Below are positions 37,942 to 46,933 of a stretch of 64,000 bases of DNA, piece after piece. The stretch spans positions 10,338 to 74,337 of the forward strand of contig JBIQMO010000002.1 in NCBI GenBank assembly GCA_044463245.1. Direction: 5' to 3'. Position numbers and translations under genes: made by a program. The DNA comes from Gemmatimonas aurantiaca. Lineage in GTDB: Bacteria > Gemmatimonadota > Gemmatimonadetes > Gemmatimonadales > Gemmatimonadaceae. How positions within the stretch are numbered: position 1 is the first letter of the stretch; every line of letters starts with the position of its first letter. A model generated the notes under the pieces. It was not told the DNA's origin. It saw only the letters and a list, made by a program, of their open reading frames with translations, and made no database searches.

Positions 37942-40900
37942 CTAACGGCCTGCGCGCAGAGCGTGGAGTGCGGCGAGCGCGATGCGCTCGACATGATCGT
38001 CCGCTAGCGAGTCGAGCAACTGCTGCAGGGCGGTGCGAAGGTGAGAGCGCGTGGGTTCGTCGGCAGGTTGGGATCTCGACCCATCGGTGAGTTCGCGGTA
38101 TACCCGCCCGGCCCCTTCCGCCACGCCCATCCGCACCTCAGGTGACGAGGCGCGTGCGCTCGAAGCCAACTGGTTCAGTATGCACGCGCGTTCCTCCTCG
38201 CCGGCCACCGGAAGCAGTGTCGAGAGCCAGCCTATCGCGTAACGCTGGAGTCCGTCGGGCGTATGCCCTATCACCCTAACGCCGCTGGCGAGGGGGGATG
38301 CGAAATCGTCAAACCCGCCCATAGGGTGCAGTTCGCCACGCGCCGCAGTCTGAAGTGCGGAGATGGCATCCCGGAGTAGCGACGGCGTATCCTGCGCCAG
38401 AAGCGCAATGAACGGAATCCACATCCTGCGTTCCGTGAGCAAGTGCCCCGGCGTGAGCAGGAATTCGATCGCCGAAGCGAGGGCGCGCCGCCGGACTGGT
38501 TCGCTAGCACGGCTCGCGGCCCATCGGGTCATCGGCAACACATCACGGGCGCCCCCGCCGTATGACCCACTGCCAGCCTGTGCGCACAGGGCCTCGAGCA
38601 AGTCGGCTTGACTGTTGAGGTAGTGATCCGCGACCTCGCTCGGGACGTCAATGCCAGCGGCGAGCGCGCGCTCCACCTGGAGCCATTCCGCGACCGACCC
38701 GCCGTCCGGCTGGGCGCGTGCGGTGAGTTGTCCCCTCAGCCGCTCGCGCGCGGCACCGGTCGCACGAAGCGAGAGCATCGCGACCGCACCGACCCACTGC
38801 GGCTCCGCCCCTGCCGATTTCGCACGCTCCTCCTGCACCATCAGTGCGTCAGCGAGTGCAGCGCCGCCGTCTACCGGGGGCGGAGCGTTCGCTGCAGCGA
38901 CTGCGAAGGCGTTCAACACATCGTCGAGCTCTGTCGCAGGTGCAGAGGGAAGCAGGAGAACCACGGCATCGCGTACGTCTGCCGCCCCCTCTCCCTCGAG
39001 AGGCGGGTCGAGCTCAAGGATCAGGTCGATCGCCGCACCGGCGCCGTTGAGTTCCCGGCGCCTCGCCCACCCGAGGCCTAGGCCAGCAACGACCAAGTTG
39101 GCGATATGTCTGTCTCGGTCGGCGAACCGCCATCGGCTCGCGAGTAGGTTGGCGAAACGCAGAGCGCCGACGGTCGCCTCGGGAGAGTCAAGGTTGTCTG
39201 ACAACGCCTCCCAGAGCTTGGCAGTGAAGGCACCCGTCATCCGTTCGGCGATAACTGTGACAAACGCACTTACAGCACTCGAGTCGACGTCCTCTACGAG
39301 CGCGTAGGTGCGCGCCGTCTCGCGAATCGCAACCAGCATCGCGTCATCGAGAGGGGCCTCTACCACCGCGGCGCGCCATATCGCAGCGAGTAGGATCGTC
39401 GCCTCCTCGTGCGCGGCATGATCCGCGTCTTGGCCACTGAGCGCGAGGGCAGTCCGGGCGGCAACGTACGCCTCGTGTAATCGCCTTCGCCCGAGCAATT
39501 CGCGCGCACGACGCATCAGCCGTTCGTGCGTCGTTCGTTGCTTGATCGTGGCTTCCACGAGTGGCTCTAGCCCCGCCGCGAGCTTGCCGGGTCGGCGATC
39601 GCTGAGATCGATGAGGCCTGCTCGAACATCTGCCCGCTCCGCGTTTCGAAACGCGCGAAGAGCCGTGTAGAGGTCACCGTGCTCGAGAGCGTTCGTACCA
39701 GCCGCTCGAAATTGCTGGCCGGCTTCGCCATGGGCGCCAGAGGCGGTCTGGAGCCACGCCACCACGAGAGCGCGATCGGCATACATATGCTCCGGCACCG
39801 GCAGCTGTTGCGCAGCTGTAATGGCGCCGGCCGTATCGTCGTGCAGACCTGAATGCAATAGAGCCCGCAAGCGCGCGCATAGCACAGTCTCCACATCGCC
39901 GGCTCCCGCGCTGACGATCATGTCGGCGAGAGCGCTGTACGATTGTGCAGCGATAAGGTGGTCCTCAGCCACAGTGGCGGCCAATGCATTTAGCCGATGG
40001 GCCTCGAGTCTCAGAATGGGTGCGGCGTGCGCGTCCGCCGTGGCCGCTCGTTCGGCTAGGCGCGGCGCGAGCTCAGTCGCCTTCCTGGAGAACCCGGCCA
40101 GCGCTTCCGCCTCGGCTTCCAGCGCCTCCAGCGCCAATCTCGTGGCGTCTGGCAGGTCTTCGGTCCACAGACGCCGCTCCTCCGGGCGATCAGGGGCGCG
40201 CGACATACTGAGAGTCACCCTCGCCTTGTCACCATCGCGGAGCTCGTGAAGTATCCACTCGAGCACCTCCGCTAGTCGTTCTCCAGCCTTCGCCCGTTGG
40301 TTGCCGCGCACAAGCGCGCGAACCGCGATCTGGCCCGCCTCGGCGGCCTCATAGGGGAATCCTTCGGCGCGGAGTGATTGCGAGAGTTCCCACGCGCGGT
40401 CGCCCGCAACAGCATGGTCATTTTCTGTCCGAGCAGCGGTGATCGCCTCGTACATCGCCGCCTGCTCACGGGCAAGCGCATCCGGCAACGCGAGCCTTGC
40501 AGCGAGTGAAGGCGGAGCGGGAGTCGCGATGGCAGCGATTGCATCCGCAGCGCTTGCATCGAGTCGTTGGCTTGCCGGAACAGGAATCTTATAAGACTGC
40601 TCCGTCTCCTCGAACTCGCCTGAGCTCACTAGGGCCCAGAATGCCTGGCCGGTCTCAGGGTCGACGAGAGTAAGAACCACCGGCACGGCGTACTGGCGCC
40701 AATAGTGGACGGTTCGCTTGTCGATATAGACATTCCATCCACCGTCATAGCGATTGTGAAAGAAGGTGGCCCCGGCCTTGATCTGTACGCCGATAATACG
40801 GCCCGTACCCTCGCCAGAAGTCTGGTCAATTATTTCCAGGTGACCGTCGATGCCGATGTCGGCATACGGTTGCGGCCGGAAGACGAAGCCAAGTCCGCCG

Positions 40901-40986
40901 TCTATCCGCGGCCTGGCGACGATCGCGGTTGTCATTCCGACGCCGAAGAGTTCCGTACGAGAGTTGCCGATGTTCGGCAGTGTCAT
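37942..40986 (-). CDS. DUF4365-type (PD-(D/E)xK-like) nuclease domain fused to an ~850-aa HEAT/TPR-like alpha-solenoid
   Basis: N-terminus YADIGIDGHLEI...GRIIGVQIKAG (40777-40860). The remainder is Ala/Leu/Arg-rich helical repeats. I found no Walker A motif. Confidence 0.75.
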   Translation of the reverse strand: MTLPNIGNSRTELFGVGMTTAIVARPRIDGGLGFVFRPQPYADIGIDGHLEIIDQTSGEGTGRIIGVQIKAGATFFHNRYDGGWNVYIDKRTVHYWRQYAVPVVLTLVDPETGQAFWALVSSGEFEETEQSYKIPVPASQRLDASAADAIAAIATPAPPSLAARLALPDALAREQAAMYEAITAARTENDHAVAGDRAWELSQSLRAEGFPYEAAEAGQIAVRALVRGNQRAKAGERLAEVLEWILHELRDGDKARVTLSMSRAPDRPEERRLWTEDLPDATRLALEALEAEAEALAGFSRKATELAPRLAERAATADAHAAPILRLEAHRLNALAATVAEDHLIAAQSYSALADMIVSAGAGDVETVLCARLRALLHSGLHDDTAGAITAAQQLPVPEHMYADRALVVAWLQTASGAHGEAGQQFRAAGTNALEHGDLYTALRAFRNAERADVRAGLIDLSDRRPGKLAAGLEPLVEATIKQRTTHERLMRRARELLGRRRLHEAYVAARTALALSGQDADHAAHEEATILLAAIWRAAVVEAPLDDAMLVAIRETARTYALVEDVDSSAVSAFVTVIAERMTGAFTAKLWEALSDNLDSPEATVGALRFANLLASRWRFADRDRHIANLVVAGLGLGWARRRELNGAGAAIDLILELDPPLEGEGAADVRDAVVLLLPSAPATELDDVLNAFAVAAANAPPPVDGGAALADALMVQEERAKSAGAEPQWVGAVAMLSLRATGAARERLRGQLTARAQPDGGSVAEWLQVERALAAGIDVPSEVADHYLNSQADLLEALCAQAGSGSYGGGARDVLPMTRWAASRASEPVRRRALASAIEFLLTPGHLLTERRMWIPFIALLAQDTPSLLRDAISALQTAARGELHPMGGFDDFASPLASGVRVIGHTPDGLQRYAIGWLSTLLPVAGEEERACILNQLASSARASSPEVRMGVAEGAGRVYRELTDGSRSQPADEPTRSHLRTALQQLLDSLADDHVERIALAALHALRAGR

Positions 40987-41435
40987 TTCGCGGTTGGCTA
41001 GAGAGTCGCAGCAAACTACGTGTCATGTGTGACCGGCGGACCACCTTGTCGTTCCTATGCTGGGCCTCGAGTAGCAGCTCGTCTTCGGGCGCCAGGATCC
41101 TGGCCTTCGGCACCATCAGTCGCTTGATCATGCCTACGGCATGTCCTTACGATTCTTGCCTCGCAGGCCGTAAATCCACTCCTACTTGGGAGGCAGCGCC
41201 ATGCAGAGCAGGCTATCACGCTCGCTACTTCTGCCCACCATGGCAGCCCGCTAGCCGGCGACAGAGCAGCACCAGCCGGAAGCCGCATTACTCTGGCGGG
41301 CCTGGTAGCCGGGAGGTGGTCCCGGCTAGCGGAGCGCGCAGACAGTGCGCTTCGTCGCTGCCTGATATGCAACGTATGGCTGAGCAAGAGGCGCTGGCGC
41401 GCCTGCAGCGAGGTAGCGGGCGAGAATCGATGCAA

Positions 41436-42848
41436 TCACGTTTTGTGACCGTCTGCTACCGCGAGCATCAATTCTTCTCGCATCGCCCGCATTGCCAACC
41501 AGCGAAGTCGGGCGAGGTCCGCTTCTTCTGCCAGTGTGAGCCGGCTCTTTCCTCTGTGGACGATCTTCGAGCGAGTATCATAGATGCGACGAAAATCACG
41601 AAGGATATCCCTTCGTTGCTGTGCACTTTCCCCGACGAGGTACGCACATCGGTTGGCCAGGAGCTCCCCGAGGCCAACGATATCAGACAGCGCCTTGTCA
41701 CCGAGCAGAATCTCCAGTGCAATCGTCGCTTGGACGAACGCTATGAGCCGGTTCGGAACGACGAAGCTATCAAAGAGCCATTGGGCCGCGCCAAGAAAGC
41801 GAGTGCGATCCGTACTGCTGAAAGCCGAGCGTGTGTGAGCAAGATGGTCGCCTACTACGGCTCGTTGTACCGGGGGATCGAGCTCCATGAACGCCTCTTC
41901 ACAGCCGACGGATGCGATCTTGGTCGCGAGCAATGGCTCTAAGGAATGCCCGTATTCGGGGTGCCAGCGACTCGAGTCGCGACGATATATCATGACTTCT
42001 CTACCTTTCGGCGCGAAGAAGGTATGTCTGTCACTGCGTGCCACTCGGTGGGCAATCGCCAAACCGTGGTAGGATCGTATGGCGAGTATGAAGTCTTCTA
42101 ACGGCCGCGACATCCCCCACAGCCCTATGTACCCATCCACATCCGCGCTGAAATAGACGGCGTTGGCATCGAGTGGTCGCGGATCGGCCCCCGTGAGCAG
42201 AGTTCCACGGCGTGGGGTGGGTGGGAAGTGGGAGACGGTCGCGCCCAGCGTAACCAGGCGCGTCCGACTGTCAAACCAATACTCGGAGCCGCCCATCGCG
42301 TCACCCAACACTCTCCCGATCTCTTGGTCGACCGGCAGAAATAGCGTGTATTGCCAGGGCAACGACGCGAAATGCGTTATGAGCTCTTCAGCGGCTACTT
42401 CGGGCTTGCTATACTGCTCCACACTTGACAGTGGCGCATCATCGCTTGAGGCATCGAACTCTCTGGAGAAGAGGCTGCGCGAGATTTCCTCAAATACGAA
42501 CATCGATGCTGGCTTCTCACCGACATATGACTCGAGTTGCTGGCGAAGCGCGGTCTGCGGACCGGGCAGTATGTCGTCCAGGCGCGCCAAGCCCTGCGAC
42601 GATGCCACATCGATGAATCGACCGTTATTTACGCGAATGTTGCCCAACTCCTCAGCGAGACACCCTATCAGGCGACGGCGGGCTTCAACATGTAGTTCTA
42701 GGGGCATTACCAGATCGGAGTGCTCTCCTGCAGTGTAAGGAGCGTGGCGTACGCACGCGAGAAAACTTCCATTCTTCGCTAGGCTAAGATGCAGGTCGTG
42801 GCCGGAAGTCGCTAGGCAACCACTTCGTTGTCCTAGTTGGTACCGCAT
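41436..42848 (-). CDS. HEPN-domain protein (C-terminal Rx4H RNase-type motif) with unassigned N-terminal domain
   Basis: The C-terminal helical domain reads ALEILLGDK...RRIYDTRSKIVHRG (RSKIVH at 41556-41573). The start is ATG 42848 or ATG 42707. ORF-track start 43124 overlaps the divergent gene. Confidence 0.68.
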   Translation of the reverse strand: MRYQLGQRSGCLATSGHDLHLSLAKNGSFLACVRHAPYTAGEHSDLVMPLELHVEARRRLIGCLAEELGNIRVNNGRFIDVASSQGLARLDDILPGPQTALRQQLESYVGEKPASMFVFEEISRSLFSREFDASSDDAPLSSVEQYSKPEVAAEELITHFASLPWQYTLFLPVDQEIGRVLGDAMGGSEYWFDSRTRLVTLGATVSHFPPTPRRGTLLTGADPRPLDANAVYFSADVDGYIGLWGMSRPLEDFILAIRSYHGLAIAHRVARSDRHTFFAPKGREVMIYRRDSSRWHPEYGHSLEPLLATKIASVGCEEAFMELDPPVQRAVVGDHLAHTRSAFSSTDRTRFLGAAQWLFDSFVVPNRLIAFVQATIALEILLGDKALSDIVGLGELLANRCAYLVGESAQQRRDILRDFRRIYDTRSKIVHRGKSRLTLAEEADLARLRWLAMRAMREELMLAVADGHKT

Positions 42849-42857
42849 GGAGGGAGC

Positions 42858-44105
42858 ATGTTGAGATCTACCCGCAACCGCATGGCACTTACTCTGACAA
42901 TCACCACGCTCGCCTTGGCGCTTCCCTGCCGCTCCCGCGCTCAAGAGCGCTTCCGCGAGGTCGGCCGCCTCATCGCGGGAGGCGGGGCGATCGTCGTTCG
43001 CGCAAGTGGCTCTGGGTTCGTGGAGCTGCTCATGGCCTCTGGTCTCGCCGCGGCCGGAATCCGTGTCGATCCCGACTCCCTGGACTGGTGGCGCGACTCG
43101 GTCACAGTCATAGCGAAGCTGCAAGCGCCGCGCGAGCGCGGTCTAGAAGTGCAGTACGACGGTCCGGAGGTCCGGGGCATCAATCACTTCACGTCGCACG
43201 AGTCAGGGCGCCTCGGGTTCTTTCGCGTTGCCGGGGGAACATCGCCGGGGATGATCGTGAGCGTTCGCGAGATCGGCGGCTATCCCAGAGCCCACCTGAC
43301 AGTCACGTCACCACAGCTCGCGACGCTCACCAGATTGCTCGAGCAGGCGGCTCGCGTTACTCGTGACATGACACCAGCCCCAGTGCGGACAAGAGCGCCC
43401 GCACACAACGAGGGTATGTCGCGCGTATCCGCACCGTTGGAGATCGCCTCTACGGTTCCCCCGAACGAGCCCGCAGCCGGAGGGATCGTCGTGCGTACGG
43501 ATGGGGTGGACTTCCCATTCCCGGGCTACCTGGAAAATGTGGTGCGCCAGCTCGCTCTACGCTTCCTGCCGCCTGACAAGTCCACCGCGCGTCCCGAGGT
43601 GATGTTCCTCGTGCACCGCGACGGGTCCGTGTCCGATGTGCGTTTCCTCGTCCGCTCCGGTAGCATGGCGTTCGACCTCGAGGCGGAAGGTGCAGTCGAA
43701 CAGGCGGCCCAGGTGAAGGCCTTTGGCCCGCTCCCCGCCGGCTTCGCGGATGACGTGTTGCCTGTCGTTGCGACGCTCGGACATGGTGAGCGCGCCGAGG
43801 GGCCCACGTACTTCGAGTTTCAGGTGGACGTGCCCGCGCGTGCGGACCCAAGCAATCCCACCGTCCCGTACCCCGAGGTTCTCAGGCGCAACCGTGTCGA
43901 GGGTGACGTGCTGGCCCAATTCGTGGTCGATACGTCTGGGCGTGCAGAGATAGCGAGCTTCAAGGTGCTGAAGTCGACCGACGAGCTTTTTTCGGAAGCG
44001 CTCCTGCGCGCGCTCCCCTCGCTTCGCTTCATCGCGGCCGAGAAGGATGGCAGGAAGGTGCGACAGGTGGTGCAGATGCCCTATAGCTGGACGTTGCCGC
44101 GGTAG
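42858..44105 (+). CDS. Secreted protein with two TonB-C-terminal-like domains
   Basis: Signal peptide MLRSTRNRMALTLTITTLALALPCRSRAQ. Two TonB_C-like segments: PEVMFLVHRDGSVSDVRFL... and YPEVLRRNRVEGDVLAQFVVDTSGR... Confidence 0.6.
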   Translation: MLRSTRNRMALTLTITTLALALPCRSRAQERFREVGRLIAGGGAIVVRASGSGFVELLMASGLAAAGIRVDPDSLDWWRDSVTVIAKLQAPRERGLEVQYDGPEVRGINHFTSHESGRLGFFRVAGGTSPGMIVSVREIGGYPRAHLTVTSPQLATLTRLLEQAARVTRDMTPAPVRTRAPAHNEGMSRVSAPLEIASTVPPNEPAAGGIVVRTDGVDFPFPGYLENVVRQLALRFLPPDKSTARPEVMFLVHRDGSVSDVRFLVRSGSMAFDLEAEGAVEQAAQVKAFGPLPAGFADDVLPVVATLGHGERAEGPTYFEFQVDVPARADPSNPTVPYPEVLRRNRVEGDVLAQFVVDTSGRAEIASFKVLKSTDELFSEALLRALPSLRFIAAEKDGRKVRQVVQMPYSWTLPR

Positions 44106-44178
44106 CAGACCCGCCGGGTTAGCGCAGGTTTGGGCGATACCGGCCAGCGCGCCAGCCCGCGCTGTACGACCCGAGAGG

Positions 44179-44955
44179 CTAGCCTGGTCGCGTCGGCGAG
44201 CCGTGGCATCGCTTGTACTTCTTCCCGCTGCCGCACGGACAGGGATCGTTGCGCCCGAAGTGTTGTGGCGGGGGAAGCGCTGGTGGCGCGGCACCCTGTA
44301 TAACGGTCATGCCTGCGATGAACATTCCGGCTTGGCGTTCTACCCGCTTCGAGTAATCAGGTAGAAGCGTTATCAACGCCTCGTGAGCGATCTGGCGTAC
44401 GGCGGCTTTATCAGCTCCGCTCAGTGGTGTCTCCACGGTTCCGTCAGAATAGACCCACCCAAGCGAGTTCTGTCGAGAGAGTCTCGTATACGCCTCGTCC
44501 AAGCTCGGGTCTACGTGTGCGCCACCGTCCTGATTGGCGATGGCAAGAACCAAGTCGCGTCGCGAAAAGGGAGTTTTCCTGTCGTCAACGAAGACGGGTT
44601 CGGTCCACCACTTCGGAAATGGCATCCATCGCTTGTGGGGAACATCATCGAGCGAAGCTACGTACTCTGCACCACGATCCGAGAGGATTATGGTAGCGAG
44701 GCCCACATGGCCGTGCACCTCAGACCCATCAAGCGGGCTAGCTGTCGACAGGAATTGGCCGCCGAGGCGACCGAGCTGGCCGAGAAGGGAATGCGAGCTT
44801 CTCGTGTCGTGAAACAATACTCGCAGTGAGACGGCTAGGCGCTTGGCCTCACCGGTCTTGCCTGAATCAAACGCGTCCCCAGAGTCTCTGAGGAACTGAA
44901 TATGGTCAGCGAGGTGCGCCTCAAGGTCATCTTGTGACTGACTTATCCTAGCCAT
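44179..44955 (-). CDS. SEC-C motif-containing protein
   Basis: C-terminal [17 protein letters not shown]. The N-terminal ~220 aa are unassigned. Confidence 0.68.
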   Translation of the reverse strand: MARISQSQDDLEAHLADHIQFLRDSGDAFDSGKTGEAKRLAVSLRVLFHDTRSSHSLLGQLGRLGGQFLSTASPLDGSEVHGHVGLATIILSDRGAEYVASLDDVPHKRWMPFPKWWTEPVFVDDRKTPFSRRDLVLAIANQDGGAHVDPSLDEAYTRLSRQNSLGWVYSDGTVETPLSGADKAAVRQIAHEALITLLPDYSKRVERQAGMFIAGMTVIQGAAPPALPPPQHFGRNDPCPCGSGKKYKRCHGSPTRPG

Positions 44956-45132
44956 GGTGTATAGCCCGTTCCGTGGTGGCCTGTATGCCTGGAGGGATCT
45001 TCAGTGGGGAATTGCGGTGAGCTGCAGCTTGAGCAGTGTGGAGCCTATTCGTAGGGTGTGCAAGTGGCGTCTCCCGTCCGTACCGGCTATCGGCTACATT
45101 CGCGTAATGACTAGTCGCACCGGTAGCTCTAC

Positions 45133-45507
45133 GTGGTCATCCTGATTCCTGCACCAGGCCGACGTCCTGATGGCCGGCCGTTGAACACGAGAGAACTGAC
45201 GGATCTCGCGTGGCGTTCTACGTTGGGCCTGGCTCGAGGTCGCGGTGCGACGCTCGCTGACCCGATGCTAGCCACGCCGGAAGAGGCGACGCAGCTAGCA
45301 GCGGCACTCGGGTCAGCGATCCCCGGATTACCCGTCCGGAGTGTGAGCGAATGGATCGACGGGATGGCGCGCGCTCGCGCTGCCGGCCGTACGCCGCGGT
45401 CGGAAGACTACTGGTCCACGAGGGAGAGCACCCTCGAAGAGCTCGCGGAATGGATAGCAGAGAGCGAAGGGTTCACCGTAGAACTCCGCGGTCGGCGCGC
45501 CTCCTAG
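45133..45507 (+). CDS. Hypothetical 124-aa protein, copy 2 of the duplicated gene
   Basis: Paralogue of 37501-37875, with a GTG start. Confidence 0.5.
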   Translation: MVILIPAPGRRPDGRPLNTRELTDLAWRSTLGLARGRGATLADPMLATPEEATQLAAALGSAIPGLPVRSVSEWIDGMARARAAGRTPRSEDYWSTRESTLEELAEWIAESEGFTVELRGRRAS

Positions 45508-45544
45508 AAGCGACGCCGCCCTGTGTCGGCCCGTGGCTTGCCGA

Positions 45545-45889
45545 TCAGCGCACTAATGGCAACAAGATCGCAATAGCGAACGTGCGAACTCTGCTAGGCT
45601 GATCGCTCGCGAGAAGCGCGGTCACGTCTTCGGGAGTGAGCACGACTCCCGCGGTTAGCTTGTCCCAGTCCGGCACGCGCCACTCGCGGTCACTGCGAAC
45701 CACGTCGACGTACACGGCGATCGCCAGCCGCGTGCGCGCGGTCGGCTCACTGCCATCCGCTATCCGCCAGCGGGTTAGGAACAGAATATCGTCCGCGAGC
45801 CCCGAGGTCGCGAACGACACCTCTTGGTCTGCGAAGAGGACGGGCCTCGGGGGGCCGTAGAAGACGCCCAGCCGGCTTTCAGGCGGCAT
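45545..45889 (-). CDS. Hypothetical protein
   Basis: 114-aa ORF convergent with copy 2. No recognisable motif. Support is ORF length and composition only. Confidence 0.35.
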   Translation of the reverse strand: MPPESRLGVFYGPPRPVLFADQEVSFATSGLADDILFLTRWRIADGSEPTARTRLAIAVYVDVVRSDREWRVPDWDKLTAGVVLTPEDVTALLASDQPSRVRTFAIAILLPLVR

Positions 45890-46158
45890 CCGCGAAAGCT
45901 AGCGACCTGCCGCCTGCAGATCACATCGAGTAAGACAGCAACGGTACCCCGAAGAGCGCCGTTGCTCGAGACCTCGTGGGCCGGCCTGCGAGGGGGGTGC
46001 TACAGTGGTAACTCGGGTACCGTCGCTCCATCGCGCGCTTGGCGGAAACTCACCGAGCGACCGAAGACTCTAGCGGGAAGGGGAGGCTTCATGCGATTGC
46101 CTCTGCCAGTCGCCATTGACGACACCATACGCACGGTGCGGGGCTACCAACAAGGCCT

Positions 46159-46180
46159 CCGGGATCCCTGTCGGGGATCC
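46159..46180 (+). repeat. GGGATCCCTGTCGGGG-family repeat copy (hairpin form GGATCCC-TGTC-GGGGATCC)
   Basis: Core at 46161-46176, in the spacer just downstream of the 46200-46664 gene. Confidence 0.85.
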
Positions 46181-46199
46181 GCCCGCACCGCGCTCCGTG

Positions 46200-46664
46200 T
46201 CACCACCACTCAGGGAGCCAACGGCCGGAGCACTCCATCCACAATCGCCGTTCCGCACCGCCGCGGTGCTCTCCAACGAGCTCGCCCAGGCGCACAATAC
46301 ACCTGGCGCAGTGCGTGCGTGAACGCGGGCGGCCATTCTCGACTGGTGGCACGCTCGCCGCGCACGCCTCGCAGATCTCGGCGCTCTCCCGCGTGGCGTC
46401 AGCCGCCACTCGATAGACGCGACCGACGCCCGAGTGGGGCGCGAGAGATATCACGAGCCGCGCCGCTTTCTGCCTCACATCGATGACGCTGACTCCCGGA
46501 GACTCGGCGACAGCACTGTACACCATTCGTAAGAGACCCCACCAACCCGGCCCGATGGCGGACAGCGCCCTGCCGAGGTGCCAGGGCGTGCCGTCGGGAT
46601 GGCGCAGCTCGAGCGTCTCATCCAGCGTGCTGTAGCGGTGACTCATGACGAAATTGTACCCCAT
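46200..46664 (-). CDS. Hypothetical protein with C-terminal Cys cluster
   Basis: 154 aa with GWWGLL..VIDVRQKAARLVISL and CEAC..HCARC. This resembles small phage/plasmid-borne proteins of unknown function. Confidence 0.45.
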   Translation of the reverse strand: MGYNFVMSHRYSTLDETLELRHPDGTPWHLGRALSAIGPGWWGLLRMVYSAVAESPGVSVIDVRQKAARLVISLAPHSGVGRVYRVAADATRESAEICEACAASVPPVENGRPRSRTHCARCIVRLGELVGEHRGGAERRLWMECSGRWLPEWW

Positions 46665-46697
46665 CCTGACCGCTCACCGCGCCGCCTTCGCCGACCA

Positions 46698-46745
46698 AGT
46701 GGGAATCATTCGGTGGCTTCGTTCCCGCCGCCACTAACAATACCC
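46698..46745 (+). repeat. Direct repeat S1 (partner S2 at 49518-49567)
   Basis: AGTGGGAATCATTCGGTGGCTTCGTTCCCGCCGCCACTAACAATACCCC against AGTGGAATCTTTCGCTGGCTTCGTTCCCGGCCGGCTCAAACAATACACCC. Hand alignment gives about 80-85 percent identity with small indels. Confidence 0.8.
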
Positions 46746-46933
46746 CACACCCCACGAGCTTACGGTCGCTTCGGCGTGTACTGCCAGCGTGCGCGTCGTG
46801 CGGTTGGCAGCGGGCCCTTGACGAATCAAGGTCCAGTCCGCATCGTTTCCGGGTCCTCGCTTCCGGCCCTCGGCGCAATTCAGCGTCGGCGCACGGTACC
46901 GTAGGACGTCACAGGCAGCTTGCCATTGCGGCT

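Noticed and set aside
42849-43124. Longest start (43124) for the HEPN protein
   Set aside because: The first 92 codons overlap the signal peptide and mature N-terminus of the divergent TonB-like gene, and they are Arg/Gly/Asp-rich. ATG 42848 or ATG 42707 are more plausible.
46698-46745. S1/S2 repeat as the 3' end of a tRNA gene
   Set aside because: TTCGTTC and GCCGCCA superficially recall a T-loop and a CCA end. No 5-7-5 T-arm followed by a 7-nt acceptor strand can be drawn in either orientation.
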